A stretch of DNA of 64,000 nucleotides, from positions 2,775-66,774 of the forward strand of contig DAHVRJ010000132.1 of NCBI GenBank assembly GCA_027322505.1. Direction: 5' to 3'. Under the pieces are notes generated by a model that searched no databases, was not told where the DNA came from, and saw nothing but the letters and a program-made list of their open reading frames with translations. The stretch's first letter is position 1. Each line of letters begins with the position of its first letter. The stretch comes from Demequinaceae bacterium. GTDB taxonomy: Bacteria > Actinomycetota > Actinomycetes > Actinomycetales > JAJYRW01. This document shows, piece after piece, positions 51,237-59,260 of the stretch. The translations under genes were made by a program, and so were the position numbers.

Positions 51237-52424
51237 ATGGCAGTGCAGCCCACACCTGAAGACCGCTTCGCTTTTGGACTCTGGACGGTCGGCTGGCAAG
51301 CCCGCGACCAGTTCGGCGATGAAAGCCGCGGGCCCTTGGATCCGATCGAGGCCGTACACAAACTGGCTGAACTGGGCGCCTGGGGAATGACCTTCCACGA
51401 TGACGACCTGGTGCCCTTTGGCTCCGATGACGCCACGCGCCGCAAGATCATTGACTCGCTCAAAAAGGCCCTCGAAGAAACCGGCCTAGTGATCCCCACG
51501 ATCACCACCAACCTCTTTACGCACCCCATTTTCAAGGACGGCGGATTTACCTCCAACGACCGCGATGTGCGCCGCTTTGCGCTGCGCAAGGTGCTGCGCA
51601 ACATTGATCTGGCCGCCGAACTGGGCGCCGAAACGTTCGTCATGTGGGGCGGACGGGAAGGCAGTGAATACGACGGCTCGAAGGACATCAACGCCGCCAT
51701 GGACCGGATGGCCGAGGGCGTTGACACGGTCGCGGACTACATCAAGAGCCAGAACTACGGCATTCGCATTGCGCTCGAGCCCAAGCCGAACGAGCCGCGC
51801 GGCGACATCCTGTTGCCGACCGTTGGCCACGCACTGGCGTTCATTGAAACCCTCGAAAACAGCGACATCGTGGGCGTGAACCCGGAAACGGGCCATGAGC
51901 AAATGGCCGGCCTGAACTACGTGCACGGTATCGGGCAGGCCCTGGCTGCCGGCAAGCTTTTCCACATCGACCTAAATGGCCAGCGCTCCATCAAGTACGA
52001 CCAGGACCTGGTGTTCGCCCATGGTGATCTGACCAACGCGTTCTTCACGGTCGATTTGATTGAAAACGGGTTCCCCTCCGGCGGTCCGCGCTATGAAGGC
52101 CCGCGCCACTTCGACTACAAGCCCTCGCGCACCGACGGCTATGACGGTGTTTGGGCATCGGCCGAAGCGAACATGCGCATGTACCTGATCTTGAAGGAGC
52201 GCGCTGAATCATTCCGCGCCGACCCGGAGGTTCAGGAGGCACTAAAGGCCTCGAAGATCTACGAATTGGCCACGCCGACTCTGGGCGAGAGTGAGTCGAT
52301 TGCTGACTTCATGGCCGATCGCTCCGCCTTCGAAGATCTTGATGTCGACGAGGTAGCCGAGCGCAGCTTCGCGTTCATTCACCTCAACCAGCTCGCCATG
52401 GAGCACATGCTCAAAGCGCGCTAA
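51237..52424 (+). CDS. xylA: xylose isomerase (class I, short actinobacterial type)
   Basis: The start is set at [20 protein letters not shown], preceded by a GAGGTG RBS. FHDDDL and WGGREG motifs. Confidence 0.95.
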   Translation: MAVQPTPEDRFAFGLWTVGWQARDQFGDESRGPLDPIEAVHKLAELGAWGMTFHDDDLVPFGSDDATRRKIIDSLKKALEETGLVIPTITTNLFTHPIFKDGGFTSNDRDVRRFALRKVLRNIDLAAELGAETFVMWGGREGSEYDGSKDINAAMDRMAEGVDTVADYIKSQNYGIRIALEPKPNEPRGDILLPTVGHALAFIETLENSDIVGVNPETGHEQMAGLNYVHGIGQALAAGKLFHIDLNGQRSIKYDQDLVFAHGDLTNAFFTVDLIENGFPSGGPRYEGPRHFDYKPSRTDGYDGVWASAEANMRMYLILKERAESFRADPEVQEALKASKIYELATPTLGESESIADFMADRSAFEDLDVDEVAERSFAFIHLNQLAMEHMLKAR

Positions 52425-52592
52425 TTTTGATGCGGGCTGACCTCGGTGCACTGCCATTTGGTAGCTACTGATTTTCGGTACTTGCCGGCGGTGCGCGCTG
52501 CCGCATAAATGAGCAGGGAAGCCTGCGCGATAATGACTGTCGCGCGGGCCTCCCTCAACTCATGTTTTGGAAAACTGAAAGGGCTGAAAGCA

Positions 52593-54035
52593 ATGACGCT
52601 GGTCGCGGGGATCGACTCCTCCACGCAGTCATGCAAGGTAGTAATTCGCGATGCGCAAACGGGGCGCCTCGTGCGCGAGGGCCGCGCGCAGCATCCTGAT
52701 GGCACTGAGGTCCACCCCGATGCGTGGTGGGAGGCGCTGCAATCAGCAATCGCGCAGGCCGGCGGATTCGACGATGTCGCCGCGGTGAGCGTGGCGGGCC
52801 AGCAGCACGGCATGGTGGTGCTCGATGAGGACGGTCAGGTCGTGCGCCCGGCCCTACTTTGGAATGACACCCGCTCCGGGCCGGCCGCGGCAGATTTGGT
52901 TGACGAGCTGGGAGCGCAGGCGTGGGCCGATGCGGTCGGGACGGTTCCCGTGGCGTCGATCACCGCAACAAAGCTGCGCTGGCTGGCCGCAAATGAGCCC
53001 GAGAACGCCAAGCGCGTTGCGGCTGTCGCCCTGCCCCACGATTGGCTGACTTGGAAACTGGCCGGCTACGGCGCCCCGGGCGCGACCGACCCGGGTTTGG
53101 AGGCTTTGACCACTGATCGCTCAGATGCCTCGGGCACGGGTTATTGGTCTCCTGCGGAAGAGGCCTACCGTTTTGATCTTTTAGAACACGCTTTTGGACG
53201 GCGTCTCATCGTTCCCGAAGTAATCGCACCAGCCGCTACGGCCGGCACGGTGAGCGCGCAGTTTGGCGGCAAAGCGATTTTGGGCGCCGGAGCCGGAGAT
53301 AATGCCGGCGGGGCCCTGGGATTAGGGGCCGAGCCGGGCGACATTGTAATTTCAGTTGGCACCTCAGGAACCGTCTACGCGGTTACCCCCAAGCCAACGA
53401 GTGACGCCAGCGGGACCGTTGCCGGCTTTGCCGATGCCTCGGGCGTGTATTTGCCGCTCATCGCGACGCTGAACGCCAGCCGCGTTATGGACGCCACCGC
53501 CCACATGCTGGGTGTGGATCACTCAAAGTTGTCAGATTTGGCCCTGAGCATGGATCCGGGTAGCCAGGGCCTGGTAATGGTGCCCTATCTGGAAGGCGAA
53601 CGCACTCCCAATAAGCCCGATGCCACCGGATCGCTGCATGGCATTCGCATGGCCACTTCAACGCCGGCCCACCTGGCGCGCGCGGCATATGAAGCGGTGC
53701 TGTGCGGGCTGGCTGACGGACTCGATGCGCTGGTTGATCAAGGAATATCCGTCGAGCGAATCTCACTCATTGGCGGCGGCGCCCAGTCCCCCGCCCTGCG
53801 CCAAATTGCTCCGACGGTGCTGGGGCATCCGGTCATCGTGCCACCACCTGGCGAGTACGTGGCCGACGGCGCTGCTCGACAGGCCGCGTGGGCGCTGGCG
53901 GAAAGCCGGGATCCCGGCGCTGCGCAGCCGCATTGGACGCGCGAGGGAACCGAAACCTACGACGCGCCAGCCGCACCGCATGTGCGCCAGCGCTACGCCG
54001 AAGTCCAGGACATGACGGCGCCGCGGTTGAAGTAG
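52593..54035 (+). CDS. xylB: xylulokinase (FGGY)
   Basis: The start is set at [15 protein letters not shown]; full-length FGGY kinase. Confidence 0.9.
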   Translation: MTLVAGIDSSTQSCKVVIRDAQTGRLVREGRAQHPDGTEVHPDAWWEALQSAIAQAGGFDDVAAVSVAGQQHGMVVLDEDGQVVRPALLWNDTRSGPAAADLVDELGAQAWADAVGTVPVASITATKLRWLAANEPENAKRVAAVALPHDWLTWKLAGYGAPGATDPGLEALTTDRSDASGTGYWSPAEEAYRFDLLEHAFGRRLIVPEVIAPAATAGTVSAQFGGKAILGAGAGDNAGGALGLGAEPGDIVISVGTSGTVYAVTPKPTSDASGTVAGFADASGVYLPLIATLNASRVMDATAHMLGVDHSKLSDLALSMDPGSQGLVMVPYLEGERTPNKPDATGSLHGIRMATSTPAHLARAAYEAVLCGLADGLDALVDQGISVERISLIGGGAQSPALRQIAPTVLGHPVIVPPPGEYVADGAARQAAWALAESRDPGAAQPHWTREGTETYDAPAAPHVRQRYAEVQDMTAPRLK

Positions 54036-54530
54036 CAGCGCGGGCGCGGTTGGGGTGACAGTCTGGGCGTGGTTGGGGTGACAAGTGCGCAGCTGTCGAA
54101 GTAACAACTAGTGCGTGTGGCCTTTTCGCCGCATAGCGCAACACCCACTACACACCGGGCCGCGGTTGGGGCAACAACTAGCGCGTGTGGCTTTTTCGCC
54201 GCATAGTGCAACACCCACTACACACTGGGCCAAGCCGGCAGGATTTCACTCCACCGCGGTGCCTTTTAACCGCATAATGCAACTCCTACTACACGCCGGT
54301 GAATTCCGCACCTGCGCCCGCACCCCGATGGCCACACGCCAGTAGCTACACGCAGGCCGGTTAATGCCGCACCTACTCTCACATTCTCGCCGGCTACGCG
54401 GCAGTGAATACACGCGTGTGACTTTTTCGCCGCATAGCGCAACACCCACTACACACCAGGCCAAGCCGGCAGGATTCCACACCACCGCGTCGCCTTTTAA
54501 CCGCATGCCGCAGCTCCCGCTACACGCGAG
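54018..54530. repeat. degenerate repeat array (~36-nt core x5 at ~70-bp spacing; ~117-bp higher-order unit x2)
   Basis: Core copies at 54121-54156, 54191-54226, 54262-54297, 54422-54457 and 54493-54528. A GGTTG(A/G)(A/G)G sub-motif occurs 4 times, the first copy inside the xylB 3' end. Confidence 0.85.
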
Positions 54531-54545
54531 TGGCTACGCGGCAAA

Positions 54546-54615
54546 AGGCGCCCGCCGCATCGAATTGATCAGTCAGTATGCGACGAACTGATCACTCGGT
54601 GTGCGGCGAGCGCCT
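54546..54615 (-). terminator. long imperfect hairpin (about 26 bp), possible distal terminator of lsr2
   Basis: The outer stem AGGCGCCCGCCGCA/TGCGGCGAGCGCCT pairs 13 of 14. The middle stem is UCGA/UCGG and the inner stem is TGATCAGT/ACTGATCA. On the minus strand it is followed by TTTTGCC. Confidence 0.4.
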
Positions 54616-54624
54616 GAATCTGCG

Positions 54625-54730
54625 GGGATGAACCCAAACCGCGAGGGTAGAAACCCAAACGATGCAGGGATAAACCCGAACTGCGTTGGGAGTACACCCA
54701 CACGGTGCGGGAATGACCCCGAGTTATGTC
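54625..54730. repeat. five phased tandem repeats of about 21 bp (GGG-N5/6-CCC-N9/10)
   Basis: Units start at 54625, 54645, 54667, 54688 and 54709, giving spacings of 20, 22, 21 and 21. Confidence 0.8.
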
Positions 54731-54841
54731 GGATCCGCGCGGCGCGCGGATTCGGTCATGCTAGATAGCACGTTGGTATTCGCGAAAAGGTTAACTAGGA
54801 AAAGTGAACTAGAAAAAGTTAACTATGCGCGAAAAAGTCAG

Positions 54842-55177
54842 TTACTTGCGGTTGGCGGCTTCGAAAGCGTCGACGATTTCCTTGGGTAGACGTCCGCGCT
54901 CGTTTACGGTGTAGCCGTTGGCGCGCGCCCACTCACGAATTGCCGAGCTGTTTGAGGGCACCCGCGTTACGGAAGAACCGCGCCGGCCGCGCGAAAGGCG
55001 CCCGGATACCCGGCGGGCATTCTTAATCCAGCCGTCTAGTTCACCGCGAAGCTTTTTGGCATTTTCTTCCGAAAGTTCCATTTCATAGTTGACGCCATCG
55101 AGAGCAAATGAAATTGTTTCTGCAGCCTCGCTGCCGTCGACGTCATCAATAAGAATAATCTTTGTGCGCTGAGCCAC
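54842..55177 (-). CDS. lsr2: Lsr2 family nucleoid-associated protein
   Basis: 111 aa with a GTG start and GAGGGAG RBS. N-terminal dimerisation domain (KIILIDDVDG), and a C-terminal AT-hook-like DNA-binding domain (IREWARANGY..RGR). Confidence 0.92.
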   Translation of the reverse strand: MAQRTKIILIDDVDGSEAAETISFALDGVNYEMELSEENAKKLRGELDGWIKNARRVSGRLSRGRRGSSVTRVPSNSSAIREWARANGYTVNERGRLPKEIVDAFEAANRK

Positions 55178-55212
55178 TTATTGCTCCCTCGTTGGTTGGA
55201 TTGACGTGTTAA

Positions 55213-55262
55213 ATGCGCAATATTCAATGCGGCTTTTATAATAACCAGAAATATTGCCGCAT
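55213..55262. promoter_or_regulatory. 12/13-nt inverted repeat in the A/T-rich lsr2 upstream region
   Basis: ATGCGCAATATT (55213-55224) pairs with AATATTGCCGCAT (55250-55262), with a 1-nt indel and 25-nt spacer. It lies 36-85 nt upstream of the lsr2 GTG. Confidence 0.4.
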
Positions 55263-55300
55263 GGCCAAACATTTAACATCGTTTATCTTACACGTTCAAA

Positions 55301-55459
55301 TTAAGAACGATCGGCGGCTTGTCGTTGTTCCATCTCTTCAGCCTCTAATTTGGCAACGGCAGCCCTTTCACGCCTATCGGCGTGAATTATTGCCTTAAAG
55401 GCAATGTAGAAGAGCAACCCCAAGCCAACCGAGGGCGCCAGCGCAATTACCCAATCCAT
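55301..55459 (-). CDS. candidate 52-aa small membrane protein
   Basis: ATG..TAA ORF below the track cutoff: MDWVIALAPSVGLGLLFYIAFKAIIHADRRERAAVAKLEAEEMEQRQAADRS. It has one N-terminal TM helix and a charged helical tail. GGGAG lies about 13 nt upstream. It starts 24 nt after the lysS stop on the same strand. Confidence 0.45.
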   Translation of the reverse strand: MDWVIALAPSVGLGLLFYIAFKAIIHADRRERAAVAKLEAEEMEQRQAADRS

Positions 55460-55482
55460 GTCTTAAGTCTAACTCCCGCCCA

Positions 55483-57003
55483 CTACTCCGGCTTCACCAG
55501 CGGGAAGAGAATGGTTTCGCGAATACCGCGGCCCGTCAAAGCCATGAGCAGTCGGTCAATACCCATTCCCATGCCTCCCGATGGCGGCATTCCATGCTCA
55601 ATGGCACGCAGGAAGTCCTCATCCACATTCATTGCTTCGGGATCACCCGCCGCCGCAAGGCGGGCCTGGGCCTCAAAACGCTCACGCTGAATTACCGGGT
55701 CAACTAATTCCGAATACGCTGTAGCCAACTCAAAGCCGCGAATGTACAAATCCCACTTCTCGGTAACACCGGCCTTGGTGCGGTGTTGTCGTGTAAGTGG
55801 AGAGGTCTCCACCGGGAAATCCCGCACAAAAGTGGGGGCGTATAAATCATTGCCCACGTGATGTTCCCAGAGCTCTTCAACTAGCAAACCGTGATTAACA
55901 TGCTTGGGGTCATAACCAATTTCAGCTGCGTCAGCCAGTTCTTCCAACCGCTGCAGTGCAGTCTCGGGCGTGATTTCCTCCCCCAGCGCCGCGCTGAGGG
56001 ATTCATACATCGTTATCGCAGCCCATTCTCCGCCAATGTCATATTCTGTTCCATCAGCAAGGGTGAGATTCGTGGTCCCATAAATCGCTTGTGCCGCGCC
56101 CTGGACTAGCGTCTGAGTTAATTCCGCCATCGTGTTGTAGTCGCCATAGGCCTGATAAACCTCAAGCATCGCGAACTCGGGGGAATGCGAAGAGTCTGCG
56201 CCTTCATTGCGAAAATTCCTATTGATCTCGAAAACGCGCTCGATTCCGCCCACCACGGCGCGCTTGAGAAACAACTCGGGCGCAATGCGCAAATAAAGAT
56301 CCATGTCATAGGCGTTCATGTGCGTGACAAATGGCCGGGCTGCCGCGCCGCCGTGCTGGACCTGCAACATCGGTGTTTCCACCTCGATGTAGTCCCGGCT
56401 GTGCAATTCATCGCGCAGCGCGCGCATCGTCTGAGCCCGCACCTGCACCATTTCACGCGCTTCGTCGCGCGTAATTAGATCGATGTAGCGCTGGCGCACC
56501 CGAACGCGTTCGGTCAAGTCCTTATGCAGCGTTGGCAGCGGGCGCAGCGCCTTGGCAGTTAGCGCCCATTCCTCGGCAAATACGGATAATTCCCCGCGCT
56601 TGGAGACACCAATCTTCCCCCGCGCATAAAAGTGGTCACCCAGGTCAACATCGGCTTTCAACTGCGCCATTGACTCCGCGCCGATTGCCTTTTGGCTGAC
56701 CATAATTTGCAGCCGCAGCCCCGAACCATCCTGCAGCGTTAAAAACACCAGTTTTCCAGTATCACGCAAGTGCATGATGCGCCCGGCCACGCCCACAACG
56801 TCCTCGGTCATGGCGCCTGCTTCCAGGCCCTGCCACTTATCGCGCACCTGTTGCAGCGTGTGCGTGATATCGACCCACACCGGGTAGGGCTGGCGGCCCT
56901 GTTCCAAAATGCGGTCGCGCTTAGCGCGGCGCACTCGCATTTGTTCGGGGAGTTCGTCTTCGTAGCTGGGGGTTAAATCGTCTTCAAGATCGCTAGGACT
57001 CAC
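55483..57003 (-). CDS. lysS: lysine--tRNA ligase (class II)
   Basis: 506 aa with an OB anticodon-binding domain and class II motifs (FRNEG, GMGIDRL). Confidence 0.95.
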   Translation of the reverse strand: MSPSDLEDDLTPSYEDELPEQMRVRRAKRDRILEQGRQPYPVWVDITHTLQQVRDKWQGLEAGAMTEDVVGVAGRIMHLRDTGKLVFLTLQDGSGLRLQIMVSQKAIGAESMAQLKADVDLGDHFYARGKIGVSKRGELSVFAEEWALTAKALRPLPTLHKDLTERVRVRQRYIDLITRDEAREMVQVRAQTMRALRDELHSRDYIEVETPMLQVQHGGAAARPFVTHMNAYDMDLYLRIAPELFLKRAVVGGIERVFEINRNFRNEGADSSHSPEFAMLEVYQAYGDYNTMAELTQTLVQGAAQAIYGTTNLTLADGTEYDIGGEWAAITMYESLSAALGEEITPETALQRLEELADAAEIGYDPKHVNHGLLVEELWEHHVGNDLYAPTFVRDFPVETSPLTRQHRTKAGVTEKWDLYIRGFELATAYSELVDPVIQRERFEAQARLAAAGDPEAMNVDEDFLRAIEHGMPPSGGMGMGIDRLLMALTGRGIRETILFPLVKPE

Positions 57004-57428
57004 GAGGTTAGGCTATCTTCTCGCGGAATTGCTTTCGTCTTAAGCCCGTACCCATCTGGCACCTGCGCCGGGTCAGAATCCACATCGACAATTTCATTGC
57101 GCTCATTGACGAACACTACGCAGGGTTTGCGGGTGCGCGCTTCCGCATCAGAGAGCTGACCATAAGCAATGATGATCACAATGTCGTCCGGAGCCACTAG
57201 GTGCGCAGCAGCCCCGTTAATGCAAATCTCCCCACTACCGGCCGCGGCCGCGATGGCATAGGTCGTCAAACGCGCCCCGTTAGTCACGTCCACAATGTCG
57301 ACTTGCTGACCGGGCAAAATATCTGCCGCGCGCATTAAATCCTGGTCAATCGTCACCGAGCCGACGTAGTGTAAATCGGCAGCCGTCACCCGGGCACGAT
57401 GGATTTTTCCCGTCAACATCGTGCGCAT
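57000..57428 (-). CDS. panD: aspartate 1-decarboxylase
   Basis: The start is set at [15 protein letters not shown]. Self-processing site HYVGS-VTID. The stop overlaps the lysS start by 4 nt. Confidence 0.92.
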   Translation of the reverse strand: MRTMLTGKIHRARVTAADLHYVGSVTIDQDLMRAADILPGQQVDIVDVTNGARLTTYAIAAAAGSGEICINGAAAHLVAPDDIVIIIAYGQLSDAEARTRKPCVVFVNERNEIVDVDSDPAQVPDGYGLKTKAIPREDSLTS

Positions 57429-57483
57429 TAACGACGTAGAAGTGTTTTTAGTTTCAGCGGCCATGAGCCATTCCGGCCTTCCC

Positions 57484-58335
57484 TTATGTTGCGCCCAGTC
57501 TAAGCAACGCATTATCTATCAGGCGAATAGTCCCGATGCGCACCGCAATAAGAAGCAGCGCTTCTCCGCGGTGATCGGGTTCTACCTCTGCCAGGGTTAA
57601 CACATCTACTAGGGCTAAATAATCCAGCTCGATCCCGGCAGCATCCGTCAGCACTGCCAAAGCCGCATCCCGAACCGCGTCAGCGCCCAAGGGAACGCTG
57701 TCCTGGGCGGCGCGGATCGCCGTCCATAATGCGTGTGCCTGCGCGCGCTGTTCCTCATCCAGATACGCGTTGCGACTACTGAGCGCCAAACCCTCTGCCG
57801 AGCGGGCGGTGGGGGCGCCGACGATCTCGACATCGAAATTCAAGTCGGCCACCATGCGCCGCACCAAAATCAGTTGCTGGGCATCCTTTTCACCAAATAC
57901 GGCAATATCCGGGCGCGTCAAATGCAGCATTTTCGCTACGATCGTCAGCACTCCGTCAAAGTGGCCGGGCCGCGTCGTGCCCTCCCAACGCTCCCCCAAC
58001 CGCCCCGCGTTGATCCGCACCTGCGGTTCGGCTTCGGGGTACATTTCCTGCGCGCTGGGAGCAAAGACAACGTCGACTCCCAGTTCTTCCAACGCGTCGA
58101 CATCGGTGTCGAGCGTGCGCGGATAGGTAGCAAAGTCTTCGCCGGGTCCAAACTGCAATGGGTTTACAAAAATTGTCACCACCACGGTTTCGGCGCGCTC
58201 TTTTGCCAGGCGTACCAGTTCCAAGTGTCCAGCGTGGAGGGCGCCCATGGTCATTACGACAGCGCGCGGGCGCGCGGTTCCGGCCAGCGCCGCATCCAAT
58301 TCAGCGCGGGTGTGAGCCAAAACCAAAGACGTCAT
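57484..58335 (-). CDS. panC: pantoate--beta-alanine ligase
   Basis: MGALHAGH (HxGH) motif; full-length PanC. Confidence 0.93.
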   Translation of the reverse strand: MTSLVLAHTRAELDAALAGTARPRAVVMTMGALHAGHLELVRLAKERAETVVVTIFVNPLQFGPGEDFATYPRTLDTDVDALEELGVDVVFAPSAQEMYPEAEPQVRINAGRLGERWEGTTRPGHFDGVLTIVAKMLHLTRPDIAVFGEKDAQQLILVRRMVADLNFDVEIVGAPTARSAEGLALSSRNAYLDEEQRAQAHALWTAIRAAQDSVPLGADAVRDAALAVLTDAAGIELDYLALVDVLTLAEVEPDHRGEALLLIAVRIGTIRLIDNALLRLGAT

Positions 58336-59258
58336 GCCTCATTACCTTTCGATCCGTTGGGATCATTAATAACTAACACATCAAGCAGGCGCTGCGCGGT
58401 CTCGGCAGTGATTTTCCCCGCAATCAGCGCGCGTTGAACGGTGATGCGCGCCATTGCCCGGTATCCCGCGTTGATGTCACTTAAGGATGCATCTTCCGAG
58501 CCCATTTTTGCTAACTCAAATGCGTGTTTTTGCACAGTTGACACATCTGAGCGCATAACTGGTCCAGTTAGATAGTGCTCCCCGCCGCGCAGCGTTCCAT
58601 CCAGCGCCGCGTTCAACAGGGGCGCCAGCATCTTTCCAGGCTCCGCTACACCAATTGTCTCCAGGGTGCGCATTGCCTGGGTGACTAACACCACAAGATG
58701 ATTGGCTCCGTGCGCTAGCGCCGCGTGATAGCGCGACCGATCTGCCTCGGCTATGACCACCGGTTCGCCCCCCATTTCCACTACGAGCGCCTGGGCGATA
58801 GGCAACACCACGTTGGGAGCAGTCACCGCGAAACTACAGCCGATGAGCCGCGCTAAATCGAGGGAGGTGCCGGTAAAGGTCATGGCCGGATGGATCGCCA
58901 ACGGTATCGCGCCAGCCTGCGTGGCCGGGCGCAAAATATCTGTACCGTACGCGCCAGCAGTGTGGGCGACTAACTGGCCAGTCTGCCACCCGCCCGTGGC
59001 CGCAATTCCCGAAACTACCGAGGCCAACTCGTCATCGGGCACCGTCAACAGCACCAGTTCGGAGCGCTCCACAATTTCGGGAACGTCCAAGTGCGGAACC
59101 CCCGGCAGGAGGGCGGCGATGCGTTCCTTGGAGTCCTCGCTCACGCCGCTGGCCCCCACAACAGCGTGCTCCGCGCCGCGCAACGCGCTTCCCAGCACCG
59201 CCCCGACCCGGCCGGCCCCTACGATTCCGACACCTAGTCGCCCTGGACGTGACGTCAT
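58332..59258 (-). CDS. Rossmann-like / DUF2520 domain-containing protein
   Basis: The start is set at MTSRPGRLGVGIVGAGRVG (dinucleotide-binding GxGxxG). The C-terminal domain is of the DUF2520 type. It overlaps the panC start by 4 nt. Confidence 0.75.
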   Translation of the reverse strand: MTSRPGRLGVGIVGAGRVGAVLGSALRGAEHAVVGASGVSEDSKERIAALLPGVPHLDVPEIVERSELVLLTVPDDELASVVSGIAATGGWQTGQLVAHTAGAYGTDILRPATQAGAIPLAIHPAMTFTGTSLDLARLIGCSFAVTAPNVVLPIAQALVVEMGGEPVVIAEADRSRYHAALAHGANHLVVLVTQAMRTLETIGVAEPGKMLAPLLNAALDGTLRGGEHYLTGPVMRSDVSTVQKHAFELAKMGSEDASLSDINAGYRAMARITVQRALIAGKITAETAQRLLDVLVINDPNGSKGNEA

Positions 59259-59260
59259 CC

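Noticed and set aside
50936-51727. Long antisense or overlapping ORFs such as 50936..51727(-), 7750..8430(-), 57733..58437(+), 58753..59547(+), 18429..19031(-) and 15109..15660(+)
   Set aside because: Each lies opposite a gene with unambiguous family motifs. Long spurious antisense frames are expected at this G+C content. Their translations are Arg/Ala/Pro-rich with no recognisable domains.
54115-54591. Track ORFs 54115..54345 and 54364..54591 (and the minus-strand ORFs 53993..54214 and 54246..54506) as paralogous small proteins
   Set aside because: Their similarity is a by-product of translating the DNA repeats, and both strands give open frames. There is no RBS and no third-position bias in the differences. 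One of them overlaps the xylB 3' end.
54018-54730. CRISPR array interpretation of the xylB-lsr2 repeats
   Set aside because: Repeat copies are degenerate (about 12% divergence) rather than near-identical. Spacing is irregular, the intervening segments are themselves repeat-derived rather than unique spacers, and the 21-bp units are contiguous with no spacers. No cas genes or leader are present in the window.
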